The translations under genes were made by a program, and so were the position numbers. Shown here piece after piece: positions 1-14,000 of a stretch of DNA of 64,000 nucleotides (positions are counted from its first letter, which is position 1; every line of letters begins with the position of its first letter). The notes below the pieces were generated by a model. That model made no database searches, was not told where the DNA came from, and worked only from the letters and a program-made list of their open reading frames with translations. The stretch lies in the NCBI GenBank assembly GCA_964270895.1, contig OZ185445.1; one strand, 5' to 3'. Source of the DNA: Podarcis filfolensis. Lineage: Eukaryota.

Positions 1-1862
1 GGAGGATAATTTTGTCCGGGAAGCAGAAATTCTTGTGCTGAGAGCACAATCAGAAGGGCATGAAGTTTAATTCCTATGTTGCTTGGGGAGAGAAATCTGG
101 ATTTAAAAAACAGAACTATCCTTTTTAGGCCAGTACCAGCAGTCAAATTTGCCTGCCTCAGCCCTGCCTGCTGCAGCCTGGGGACTAGTGACTACAGCAG
201 CGTGGAATCAGCATTTGAACTCTGAACTTTTACTCAACCACATACATGCCCTCTTCATGGTATAAGGGAACTTCCTCACACAGCTCCACACAATTCCCCC
301 ATTGGGGTATCTGCAGAAGGTTATCCAGATGTATGTTACAGAACTTGGGTCCTGTAACTCGAGTGTCCTGTCAAAGACACACATCCTTTTTCCTCAGTGC
401 ACTGAATGTCCAAAAGGATGAATCCAAACGCTAACAACTGGTGTCTTCACGTAATTGGGTTAAATATTTCACTGACCTGCAAAACACAATGTGCTCAAGC
501 AGCTAACCAAGTGATAAACTGATTAAGGCTAATGAGATAAACTGCTACAGATCCTTGTTACAGAGCTTTCCCCATTCACAGATCCTCTGACGTTAGAAAA
601 TATATATACAAGCCTATCCACCATAGAATTGTAGCCGAAAAGAAGTTTTGAAGGCAAAGCTTACCCCAGATTTGAGTAAAAGTGCAGCCACTGTGACAGT
701 GTAATTGTGCTTCAATGTTTCTTATATAGGGAGTTGCAAGAGAGGTACTTCAGCTTTCCAAAACTGTACATGATTTCCCATCAAGAACTGAAAATAAACC
801 ATTACTGATCTTATGGAAAGAGGGGTATGTAATCATGTACCACCAGATCAGAAGTTGCCTGCATGGCACAATGTACATATGGAATTCAGATGAAGGAGGG
901 AAAGGAGGATTTTAAGAAGCTGATTAAAATAAAACTTCCCCAAAAATGTCTTTAAAAATGTATATTTAGGCAACGTCCACTTGCAACCTCAGTCAGACAA
1001 ACAAATACAACTGAGGAGAGATTTTAACCAGGGCACATTTAGGTCTACACTTGGATAGCTGGAGGCCTGACCGGCCATTAACCCGGGCCCAAGAGTTTCA
1101 TCCTGCATGAGAAACTCCAGCATCCATTTTACTGCTAGTCCTTCTGCAAGGTGGTGTTTTTTCCTCTAAAATGGAAGATGGAGGAAAACGACAATGAAAC
1201 TTTGAAGGAGTTTGGTTGCAGTAGCTTCCGAGGGGCAGCGGGGATATTTGGAGCTACAGAGTAAGGATGGCAAAGGTCTTTTGGCCTGATGGCAGCATTC
1301 ACCAAGGACCACTTGCTACTGGTAGGTGTGCCCATTCCACACTCTCACACATGCAAGCTACACAAGGTACCCAGACGAAATGCACACACATCTACAAGTA
1401 CATAGGCTCCATGCCCAACCCGGCACCATGTCTACTTTATTTTTCTTTTTATCAAGAAGTGGTTTGTGTGTGCCTGCGTGCCCAAGTGAGATCTGAGAAA
1501 AAGCAAATGCAGCTAGGCCAACTCTGAAAGGAGCAAGGTCAAATAAATGCTAAGTTCCTAAAGTACTTGTGAGAAGATAAATTAGTTGCTTAATAGGGAA
1601 GTGTAAGACCTTTCAAATCTAATTTCTTAAAAAAACAACAACACCAAGGCACCTTTCTTGCAAATCCACCATGCCACTATTAAATTACCATAATTTACAG
1701 GAATTACACACTCACTGTACCACACTCCAATAAGCATTCCAGCAAAAATGTTAGTTGTTTTCTTTAGAATACATAGCCTTAGATGAAAAGTTCGTGTTTC
1801 ACCATCTCAAGTCACACAAATAAATTAAGTGATCTTCAAGCTTAACGCTTCTCAAGAGGACC

Positions 1863-2042
1863 TTATGCGACATCCAGCACACCTGCGGCTACCAGGTGTC
1901 TCGAGAGCCAATCCAGTCCTTCATACAGTCCCATGCCACTTCGGGCATCACACCCTTGAATGTACCAGCTCCGACCACAGCAGAGTTTGTGCAGACTCAG
2001 CAATTCTGTGACCTCTTCTACGGAAAGTGCCCCTGCCACATC
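1863..2042 (-). CDS. TRIM23: TRIM23 coding exon 11 (last)
   Basis: tttacag|GAT GTG GCA..., [62 protein letters not shown] at 1863-1865. Confidence 0.97.
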   Translation of the reverse strand, partial: DVAGALSVEEVTELLSLHKLCCGRSWYIQGCDARSGMGLYEGLDWLSRHLVAAGVLDVA

Positions 2043-5000
2043 CTGTAAACAACAACCATATACTTAAATGCATAGACAGTAACTTAAGAATTAGTAATCT
2101 TACCTAATGAATGCGGCAGATTGAAAATTAAAGTCAGTGCCAAAACCTACAGAATTTTGTTAAATATATTTAAATCTTCACAAGTATTCAAGTACCAATT
2201 ATGTTTTTAAGAAACGTGGCTAGAACTCTTATCTGCAAGATTTTGGAAATTAATAGAAGACCCCAAAACAGAATGTTAAGAAGGTTGGGGTTTTTATTTA
2301 TTTTCGGCTAAATTAACAGTTTATCAGAGGAAACATTACAATTAATATAGCCTTTTAAATTTTGTTTCCATACTTAACTTTACACTAGCAAAATGAAGTT
2401 AAATTGAGACAAGTGAGAAAACTTAAAAAAGGACCACAATACCTGCTTATTGGCAAAGATCAGCAGCAAAGCATCTCGCAACTCCTTTTCTGTTAACAGT
2501 TTGGCAAGTTCATTGTGTGCTTCACTGACCCTGTCTCTGTGGCTGCTATCAATAACAAACACCACCGCTACAGGAAGAGAACAATTATGCAGCTACATTT
2601 TGCTACACGTTTTCATTCCATATGCAGATATTATAACTTAGGAAACAGGGGAAAGACCCCAGCCCTATATTCTACATCTGAAGTCTATACATATTTTCCA
2701 GAAATTGTTTATGTACTACAAACTAGCAGTTGAACCATTTTCTTTACTAAAATAAACTGTATAACTTTCTAAACCGTATCAGCCTGAAGCAAAGCCAAAG
2801 ATCAAATCTGAAAGTAAATGCAAATCACTCGTCACAGAGACCAAAAGAAATTAAAATGTCGTCTAGCAGTCAGATCCCTGAATTGTTGTACCCTTCAACG
2901 CAATACCCATTGATTTCCATGGAATTTACTTTCAAACAGATGTGTTTAGAATTACAGCATTTGACAATAAACCTAGGAAACATTCCCTTTCTTACTTTTA
3001 ATAGGCACAATTATTCATTGTATATTTCAATGAGTCAAAATATGAAATATGGCACTCTTACCTTGTGTATTGAGGTAATAATGTTTCCACAAAGGCCTCA
3101 GCTTGTGTTTACCTCCTACATCCCAAATAGTGAACTTCAGATTTTTATATTCTACAGTTTCAACATTAAAACCTAAAGGAGGATGGAAAGGAAGGGCCTT
3201 TTAATCACACTTCTGACAAAGGATTTATATATACATTTCACTGGTTCCAAAATCAATGTTACTTGCCTATTGTTGGAATAGGTTGCATGAATTCATCCTG
3301 CTTCAGTTTAAATAAAATGGTTGTCTTGCCAGCTCCGTCTAATCCCAGAGTTACAACCCGAATCTCCATTTTTGGCCCAATGTGTACCCTGTTGTCCTGC
3401 AGCCAAGAAAAAAGATATTGAGAAACCTGAAGTTTGTCCCCCCCCCCACGCCCCGCAAAAAGAATTTTTATTAGCTCAAGGTGCTGTGGCAAAGGAAAAT
3501 CCTAATGTAATGTATCATGTAAGTTTCTTGCTTGTTAACAGTGTTTTAAGTTTCGTGAACTGCAAAGATGATTAAATGTCGTAATGGAAGAAACTCGTGC
3601 TCCAATTCATAGGGGTATATGAATTTATATGTCTTGATGGGCCATCAACTATATTTTCCTCGGAGTGGACCTACTTAAATTATTTAGTCATGTTAATTAA
3701 TTTCAGAGGGTTTCCTCTGAGTAAAATTTAGCTGAATACCACCCAACGTCAGGAGTTTCCATTGTAGTGTGAGGAGCAGTAGTCAGAAGAAATTGATTAC
3801 TTCTTGTGCAGGTGTATTTGGGTGGACACATGGAGCGCTTTGAATTTCTGACACTGTGTCTCATCTAGGATACGTAAGTTTCATCTTAAAGGATGCCGGT
3901 TCTGTGGGTGAGCCAAGACTAAGTAGAAAGCCAACGCTTTTATTTATTTTTTAAACAAGTGTTAGATTTCACTTAACCAAGAAGATCTAAATGATTTGCA
4001 CATAACAATATAAAATATTCAAAAGAAAATAACCCAAGTAGCACATCCAGCGTTTGGGGAGCTGCAGGAGGTGAAAGAAAGAAGGGCAAGCCACATTGTG
4101 TGAGCTGAAGACCATTTGCATGATGCTGGATATTACCCCAAATGATTAATTTCTCTCATTGGTAAGTTGTGGGTTTTTTTGCTGAGGATACTAAAAGTTT
4201 TGTGAACGGAATGGTTACAATTTTAGTCCGACAATCTGCAAGATAATATGTTTGACTAAACAAAACATGCACAATTGAAAAGGTGCAAAGTGCATAGCAG
4301 ATACTATTTTAACCAAAACACTTCGAATTAGGGCAACAGCCACCATGATTTATAGGATGTTAAACAACAGAAAAACATTCCTACACAGTCACCCTAGTCT
4401 TTGGGTCTATCTTTTTTAAAAAATGTATATATATCCAAGACATGATTGCACAGTGTTGCAAATTACTTGTAATTTGGGGAGCTTCAAAAGCCAGCTGGCC
4501 ATGAGTGTTTCTTGCTGTGGTGGCAGAGGAGAAGAGGGAGAAAGGAAGGAAGGAAGGAAGGAAGGAAGGAAGGAAGGAAGGAAGGAAGGAAGGAAGGAAG
4601 GGGACAGAGTTCTTACTTCTCTCTGGATTGATGATCAAAGTCTTGAAGCAACCTAAACATGAGAAAACTGTACCTTTGTAAAAGTAACTGGAATGCTAGC
4701 ATCAAGTTGTATATGGTCTGCAAGCTCGGTAAACTGTTGTTGTTGTTTTTGTAGTGTTTCTAGAAGCCTTGTAATTTCTTGTTTGGCCAAGACAACTCTG
4801 CAGTCATCCTTTAAAAAGGAAGTTAAATTTAATACAATGAACGCAGTACCACCTATGTGTTTTCCTTCTCAAAATCCAGCTGAGCAAGAAGTTACGTCTA
4901 CCAAAAAGAAAGTTACATTTTTTACTAAATATAAAATTGAACTTTAACTCAAGCAGATTTTAAACTCTACTGTAACTGAAATAAATTGTTTCATGATACA

Positions 5001-8000
5001 TCAACAATGGAGAAATGGAAGACAGGAATGCTGTTCACAGAAGCTTTTGTTTGTCTTAAGGAAAACACAGTAACACTACGCAGGAACCAAGACAAGAAAG
5101 CTACTGTTTTATTCAACTGAAACAACACTGGCAAATATAAAGACTTGAATGGAAAAAGAATCTAATTAGGATTAAAAATGGGTGCTACTATCAACACACA
5201 CAATTGCTCCTTTTCTTGTTTTATTTTGCTTGGTACATGAGAGGCAGCCGAACACCTTTATTTTAATGCTCAAGTGACTATGTAAGAACATTGCCCCTAC
5301 AGTATTTTGTCTCTTAAAGCCAAGCCTAATAGGTTTCTACATTAATTTCTATACAACTAGCTACTTCTCCAAAGTGTGGCTCCCAAACTTTTCACTAGAA
5401 AAAGGCATCACCAACTACGTTAAACTTTTATATTTCAAACCTATCCTTTGACTCAAATGCTACAGCACTTTTGCCTTCCATCTTCCCCCTTTTGTTATCC
5501 TTTTGTTATCCAATACTTCTCCCTCCCACAAGGGACTCACCCAACAGAGAAACTTTTACAAACCACTGCTGTGTCCCAAATCACCATTTGTAGAAGCAGA
5601 ATTTTAGAATAACTAGGCTTACACATACAATTAACCCAATAAAAGCAAATCCCTAACACAGTATTTTCCCAACAACTATTTATGAACCACCTGACATTGT
5701 CAACCTGAGTCAGCAACCTAAAGTACATATATATGGAAGAGGGCCACTTTATGGATACTTCACCTGCTGCAATGTCTTTTCACAGTGAAGGCAAGCTGTT
5801 GAAACCTGGGACAACAGAATAGTCATATCTTCTTGCTGTTGCCTAAGCCAGATCAATTTCTCCCGCACATGGGCATCAACCACACTAAGTGCCATTTCTT
5901 CTTGGCGGCAGAGGGTTTCATGAAGATCAGAAAAATAGGCTCGTACACATGAACGAGCATTCTCTGCAGTACCTGGGACCTGGGTGGTTATGAAATCAAG
6001 GAGACAGGCATTATGTTGTTGCAGACCTCTTTAAGACAGAGCTTTAATATCCTTCTCCGTGGCAATGGGCTGGCACACCAATTTCCAGTAGACTGCTTAA
6101 CATAAGACATAAGGCACTAATTTCTCTGGAGAATTAGTGTTCATTTTTAAAATGTTACCAGCCTCCATTATTGTGAGGAAAGCTAGAAGAATAATGTCAG
6201 TGTGTTTTGAATGTTAAAGGAGTGCAAGAAGATTGGAAGGACTTTATTGCATACATACACAGGTTAATACATTAGCAGGATTTTATAAATACTTGTAAAG
6301 ACATTATGACTAGACAATAAGTAATTTTAATGATTTTACAATTTAAAATGGACATGCGGTATGATGATAAACAATGGAACCAGGGAAGGGAATAGGGGGA
6401 AGTCAACTCTTTTTTTATGTTTGAATATGTATTGTTGTTTTTATTTGTGTTTTTTTTGGGGGGGGGGAATTAATAAAATAATATTTTTAAAAAATGAATG
6501 TTAAAGTATTACCAAAATATTTTTTGTTTTCAAATCTCATGATCTCTGTTGGCTCTCCTATGAGTTGGAAGTGCTGACTCCCTATTCGGAATCAACCCAG
6601 CTAGAAGAGACACAGTACTCTATAATATATATTAACAGCTCACTGTTAGAACTACTCTTAACACTATGGTCCTTCCACTTTCCCAGTAGTATCTATCCAA
6701 ATGCCTTAGCAAGATACTGTAAACCTATTAACTCATTGCTTTTAGAAGTGAAATTCACAAATTAGAAGTAACTGAGGGCCAAAATTGTAGCTCTAGAATA
6801 CAGGATTATGTACCACACACAAATCGCTACATCTAAAGCAAAGTCTAACAAAAGTACCAGGTAAATTAGCCTGATCACCAACAGATGAAATATGCAAGCT
6901 AATCTAATCTAATCTAATCTAATCTAATCTAATCTAATCTAATTCATGATGTTTCCATAGAAAACCTTATATAATCAACACTGCTATTTCTGCATAATAC
7001 TAAGGTTGGTGTCCTAGTCAAATCAGCTGGGAACAGCATTAGGAGATTCTGAAAAGAAATAGAAACACAGACTGGAATAAAAAAACCCCACAAACCTAAG
7101 TTCCACATGTCCAGGAAATGCCAGGTTTGTATTGCACCAGCAGCTACCTGCCATGCTACATAGTAAGCCATTTTTGAAAATGAAAAACTTTCCAAATCAT
7201 TTAGTGATATGGTAATACAGTAAATAAAAATCCTACTAGGTAAGTCTAAGTACTTAGGCATGCACTTTGTATCCTAGCTGTATTTTTCATTATCATCTCT
7301 ATAATTATTCCAAAATCAATCATTTCTGCTTCTTCATGGCTGCTTTCTTCTGAAAAACAGCTTTGCAAAATAGCCCACTACCACTGGTGAGTTAACAGAA
7401 CAGACTTCTTGGCTCTATCTTCTCCTTCCAGAAGATCCTCTACCCTTGCCCATACCAACTTACTTTTGATAAATGGCCTTGAAAAAGCTTTTGTGAGTCA
7501 TGTTAATTCTGGATAACGTGGGATACTGCTTCATTTAAAAAGTGTAAAGGGGTGGGGAGATTTTAACAGTTATAATGAAGATTACGTGCAGGTTGAGGAA
7601 ATGACAAGCTTGCTTACATGTTCTGTATGAGCCATTCCAATTCCATCTTCAATTATCTGTTCTCCTCCTTCTATCTGCTGAACTATTCCAACTAGTTTCC
7701 GAGAATAATCTGATATCTCTTCTGTGAAAGTTCTTATACAGTGAGCCATGTCTAAAATGGAAGCACGGATCTGGTTTGCTTCTGGTTCCAAAATACTGTG
7801 CTAAGGGGAAAGCATCAAAAGTAAATCTGAACACCCATTTCCAAATTCTTCCCATCTACAAATTCTGCCCCCCCCACCAGTATGAGAGAGAAAAGAGAGC
7901 AAAACTCTGGACATTCTGCCTCAGGTGCTTAGCGCAGAAATGTGGGCGCACAAGGTAACTAGTCTTTGCATGCTCCTTTGCATGAATCATCTTTCAAAAG

Positions 8001-11000
8001 CAGTGATCTTTAATTTATCATAGTAAGATTTAAAATATTTAAACTTTATTATTATTTAACAAGAAGTATGTAAAGGCGTTATGTTTCAAGAGAGATGGAA
8101 AATTAAATATAAGCATTAGCTGGACAGTATTATACATCAATCTACAAACACAAAATTGTCTAGCAGCCCTACTAGGTGGCAGCAGAAAAGCAGCTTTAGT
8201 GATAGCTTAATGATACCCTGGAACATTGCCTTTATTAAATTTATTAAATAAGTAATGTAAAGAATAGGAGAGGGAACAAAATATAGTCTGATGGTTTCTC
8301 AAATGGGCAAAAAACCCAACACAAATTCTCCTTTTCAGTCACACATTAACAATGACATAGCTGGACAATAAAGAACTGACATAACCTACTTTATGACCCT
8401 GATGCTTTCCATATTCTTTGCAGACACAACACATGAGAGGACTGGCTTGACACCCTTCTTCCAGGCACACAAATTCAATAGCATGCACTTGGTGCTGAGA
8501 GCACATGGTCTTCTCATGAGGTTTATCAGCAAGGGGCACACGTCTGTGCTTTGCAAGTGTCTTCGTGGAATGTGTGAGTTGGGAACACTCTGCACACAGG
8601 TGAGTGGCACAAACAGTGCAGTATACTGAAGCAAGATGCGTTTCATCTTCATCACAGCGGACAATGCACTAACAAAAAGAAAAACTAGAACATTATTTAC
8701 TCATGGTGACTGGTCGCATAAAAATGTTTTTCATATTAGATTCCAAGGCATTGTACGGCATTAACAAGAAAAACAGACTAAAATGCACACAATTAAATCA
8801 GTAAAATCTTTTTAAACACCTTGGTGAATAAAAGTGCTGAACGCTTATGATGGCTACAAATCCCAACACTTGCCCAATCATTGCCCAATCGATGAAACAA
8901 ATTTTTATAGATACCTGCTCTAGGGAACTAGCATATGCTTTCTAGAAATAACTATATAGTCAGAAATATCAAGTAGAACAGCCGTTACTTGACAGTTCTG
9001 ATTGAGAGTGCAGGTACAAATCTGAAATTATATCGTCCAGGAAAATCTGTACCACTCGATACTCCTGAACATGTAATTTAGGTCCAGGTCTTTCAGTTGT
9101 TAATGTAGTAATGTTGCAATCATTTATACTGGTGAAACAACTGAATTAAAATCAAACATTTATCCATGACATCTGAAAATGACAATCAAACTGAAATGTA
9201 AAAAAGTGATTGGGAACACTACTCTGAAAGTGACACAAAATGAAATACAAAGTTGATTACTACTACCTCTCCAGAGAGGCCAATGGCTTCTTCAGTTGTC
9301 CCACACTGACCACCAAGCCCATTTTGAAGTCGTTCCAGGAGTTCCAACAAAGCAAAGTTTTTTTTCAAACCCCAGACACCAGAATCTCCTATTTTGGAAA
9401 GAAAAAATCAAGTCAGCAAAAACAATATTCTTTTGAAAAGTGATCCTATAGCCAGAGAAGTTTTTCAGTTTGCACAAGCTCTCTCTCAAGATCTTATGGT
9501 CCATTAGATTTTATAAACTATATGCTGGATCTTCCTTATTCACCATATTTCTCCTACTGTAACCCCATGTTTGGTTGTGGAACATCAGTGTGAGACGTTT
9601 TCTGCTAACTTTCAGAAGACTTCATAGATTAGCACTAATATATTTTTCCTTTCACTCATCGATCTTTGATCTGAAGCCTTTGCATGTAGTCTAAAGTTAA
9701 TAACTTAGGGCTCATTCATTTTAATGGGACACACTGAAGAATTCAACAGGGTACAAAATGCTGGTATTGGGCTGAATTGTGCTATTCATTTTTAACAGCA
9801 AGCCTTTAAATATGTTAGTGCTACCAAATTTGTACTGACCCACTACAAATTGCTTCTATCTCTGTTGGCTTCAATTTTTAATTAACCCACCCAAATATTG
9901 GTAGAGGTTAGGATAAATACTTCATGGACAGCTGGGTTTTCTACCTTTTCACATGTATATATTTTCATGGATGGATTCCAGGACAGTACTTCAAAACAAA
10001 TGGTGGTTTTGATTAAGCCTGTCCAAATTTATTTCAGCTAATGTAGGAACTATTCAAAGTGCTAACTGCCAGGTTCCTCACTTAAAAAAATATTTACTAG
10101 ACATATACCATATGTGCAGGTTACATAATTTTATAGATATGCCTATTACATGAAATCTATGGAACATTCTAAACAACAACAAACCTACAGCCTTTGGCAG
10201 CCTTTCCTTAGAAAATGCATGAAGCTTGAATAGCAGGGAGCCTGCATATCAGAAACAAGACTGCATTATGTGGGCAATCCTGGAGTGAATACTGAGCCCA
10301 TTGATTACAGTACACCAGTCACGAAATGGGCAAACATTCCTCTTTGATTCATCAGTGACTGAGGACATCAGAGCCAGAACACACACTTTTCAGCAACAGA
10401 TATTAAGAAGAGTTCTCCTGCCCAAGAAACCAGACCAAAACTCGAAAAGGATAGCTGTGATTGTCTGGCACACAAGTACAGGAAGGGGTGCGGGGAGGAT
10501 TTTTGAGTAGTGGTGCTAATTTAGTGCATACTGGGTCTTGTGTTTATTTTAACATACTGCCCAGGCTGTTCTCTCTTCCATAGCTTAGCTTTTCAGCCCC
10601 TTTCCAAACTCTCCCACCACCGAAAGGAGGAAAATTCAGAGAAGTTACTAGCAGTCTCTTTACAGTGATCGACAAAAAGAGAAAGAACAATTTAATGCAC
10701 CTCCATGATGAAGGTCCCTTAGTGCTGTTGATGGGAATGTGTAACCATTCGCAGAAAGTCAAATCCTAGTTCAAATAACTGAACTGTGTATCCTTTGGAA
10801 GGGGGTGGATGCAAAGTGAAGACTGAGAAATCATGGAAGGAATTCCTACAAGTTCTACAAACAGGAAAGGGGGAAAGCGGCAAATTGCTTTTCCCCAATC
10901 CCTCAATATTTGAGCGGTGAGTAGGGGAGAGAAAATGAAAGGTGTGGCAAAGATTTCTTCCCAGATTTCTCCCTAGGACTGAGGCACAAACATATTCAGG

Positions 11001-14000
11001 TTGTTCAGCTTAATTGTAAGATACTACAAGGAGTAAGGCTTATGAAGGCTGAGCCACACACTGTTTCATTAAGCACATTTAATGGTGCCTTGATGGGCAC
11101 TTTTGTCTTCAAAGGTTTTGTTTTGGGTCACTGCACCCTAACTTAATAGGGATCTGAGTTGGCTTGTACAAACGAAGCTAGTATTTGTGTTTAAAAGGAA
11201 ATGTCTGCTCTCTTAAACAGCTCAGTTCTTTCTGCAGTGTTGCCTCCTACCTGATGCCACTCTTCCCTACTTCAAATCCTTCATCACCACCACCCCCTTT
11301 TCACAGCCCTCAGCTCAACCAGAACAAATCCTTAAGTATACATATTTATGCACTATTACCCTTGTCTCTCCCTACAGCTCAAATTTAGACTGTAACCTCC
11401 TCAGGGCAGGGACATGTCTTTTTCTTATGCTGCTCCTTGCAGTTCCATGCACACAGATGGCATTATACAAATTAATGCTACATAATAGAACTATTTTGCA
11501 TTACAAACACAGCCTTGCTTGACTCAACGTGTCTGAACTTCCTACCATTTTTATTGTCTTATGACATTAAGCACTAAACAGCTGTCCTGAGATAACTTCA
11601 CAAGCAATGTTTACAATATTACGATGATGTGACCAAGATTAGAAATATAGGGTGGTATCAAACTAAGTAATATCAGAGCAGACTCACTGAAATCAATGGA
11701 CTTAAGTTAGTCATGACTAAATCCACAGATTTCAGGGGGCCTACTCTGAATATGACTGGTTGACTACCACACATATTTAATAAAATAAAAATCTGAAATA
11801 GTTCTGAGTGAATGATGTTGCACACTTGGCAGCAGCGGGCTACAGGAAAGTGCTATAGTTCAATGGTAGCTTCAATGGCATCTCTAGGTAGGGAAAGATC
11901 CCTGTCCAAAACCCGAGTCAGTGCTGACAATACTGAGCTGGAAGGACTGCTGGCCTGACATGGTGTAAGGCAGCTTCCTAGATACCTATGTTTCTTCACT
12001 GTTAGTTCTAGAAGAGACCCTTGTTGATGCGGAAAAATTTGGATTTTGACTTTTGCTTTCATGCATAACCACCAAGGCTTCTCAAAAGTAAATGTTCTTA
12101 CAGGCAAATCCTAAACTTGTTTTACTTTAAGGTATATTTCAATGTGTTCAATACATTATAGGCTGGATAATCTATTACGCTTCAAATGAGGTTATCCTTG
12201 TTGGGAATTTTATGCAGCCGATGCTGCTAGTGTGATTAGTATAAATCACATGAGATGTCTGAGAAGAGTGTGGAAACGGAAGACTGTCCTATCTCTTCCA
12301 TCTGAGCATCTTTTGTACTGTACCTTCACTTTTGCAGTAAGCAACAGGTTGTTCTGCCAGAGCTTGGAGAACACAGACGTGATTATGGATTGTCTGTATA
12401 GAATGTAAATAAAATTTAGATCTACAGATGTTTCTTTCTTCTTGCTGTAGGATGCTAGAAGACTTGTGTGCATTTTTCATATGAAAAGTGTCCCAGAAAG
12501 GCACTCTGGAGATGAAGGGACATGCCATTCCAGAGATGTGCCTACCGGGAGACGCTCAGAGGTCCGGGGGGGGGGGGTCACCGTCTCCCCAAGAGCATTT
12601 TTCCAACAATCCTTCCCCTAAAACATTAAATCTTCCATACGTTTTCATAGTGCACATTGCTCTTTTCATCACATCACATCACTGCAACTTTTGAAGGGCA
12701 CAAGTCAAACCTCTGAACTGCCTTGGAACCAATGTCAGTGTTTTGTTTTTTAAGTGGTGGTTTGCCTCAGTATATTCAAGCTGTGTCTGTTGTACCTGCC
12801 CATTTGGCAAACCTATATAAAATGACTGCTACCTCCAGCGTCAGAGGTAGTGTATTAATACTAGCGGGGAGAGTGCTGCTGCACTGGTGTCCTCCTTATG
12901 GGCCTCCCATAGGCATCTGGTTAGTCAGTTTGAGAACAGGATGGTGGACCTACACAGGTCATTAGTCTTCTCAGCAGGGCTTTTCTTATGTTCTTAATTC
13001 AACAATTTCTAAGCAGCTTACCTAATTCAGTAACCTGCCGATCAAAAGGACACCGGACTGCTCTGCCATGGAGAGGAAGTCGAGTGAGACAGTCATGACA
13101 GACTGTATGACCACACAAAAGCAGTCTGGGAACTTTGTCTCCTTGCAGTGAAAATACATCTTCACAGACTCCACATTCCAGAACCTATAATTTACAAGGG
13201 AATACGTTCAGTTTTTAAGCACTAGGGAAGAGCTAAAAGTTAGTGGTAAAGAGCAAGCAAAAAAGGTCCCAGGTTCAATCCCTTGTATCTCCAGGTAGGC
13301 CTGGGACTCGTGCCGGAAGTCCTGGCGCTGCCTGTCAGCATCAACAGTACTTACTTACACCAATATTCTGACTCTGTATAAGCCAGCTTCATATGTTCCT
13401 AAGTGGTTAACTATGTATATTCGGATGCAGCCAACAGATGCCACTATGGATGGGGATGAGGACAGCCGCATCAGTCTCTCAGGTCAGACCTCATTATGAT
13501 AAAGTTTCAGGTTAGCTCTATATACTAAGAACTACCAGATAATTAGTGGATCCTAAAAACTGTAGTCCATGACCCAAAGCACTTCCTTAGTGGTTGGTAT
13601 GTTGTATTTCCTAGACCTTACTACACACATCTGTCCTACTGAGTGAATTGGGGCTTACTTCTAGGTAAGGGGTATAGGTATAGGACTGCAGCCTTAGTCT
13701 CGGTAGTATAGTTGTACTTCTACACAGGAGGGAGAACCTTTCAAGTAACTGAACTTAAGATAGCACTTCAAAGAAAGTAACAACTATTTTCCTATGAAGG
13801 TCTTTATAAGAAATCACATTTTTTATTCCACAACAGCAAAAATTCCAATTTATTTATTTATTTACTTNNNNNNNNNNNNNNNNNNNNNNNNNNNNNNNNN
13901 NNNNNNNNNNNNNNNNNNNNNNNNNNNNNNNNNNNNNNNNNNNNNNNNNNNNNNNNNNNNNNNNNNNNNNNNNNNNNNNNNNNNNNNNNNNNNNNNNNNN

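Noticed and set aside
1-1862. PPWD1 3' exons expected from human synteny
   Set aside because: No PPWD1-like coding sequence recognised; region treated as TRIM23 3' UTR/downstream (minus-strand AATAAA at 1436-1441)
3095-3130. WDVGGK instead of the catalytic WDVGGQ in the ARF domain
   Set aside because: A known feature of TRIM23/ARD1 orthologues as recalled, not specific to this species
4381-4656. LPSF/KEGR repeat ORFs
   Set aside because: Translations of the (AAGG)n microsatellite
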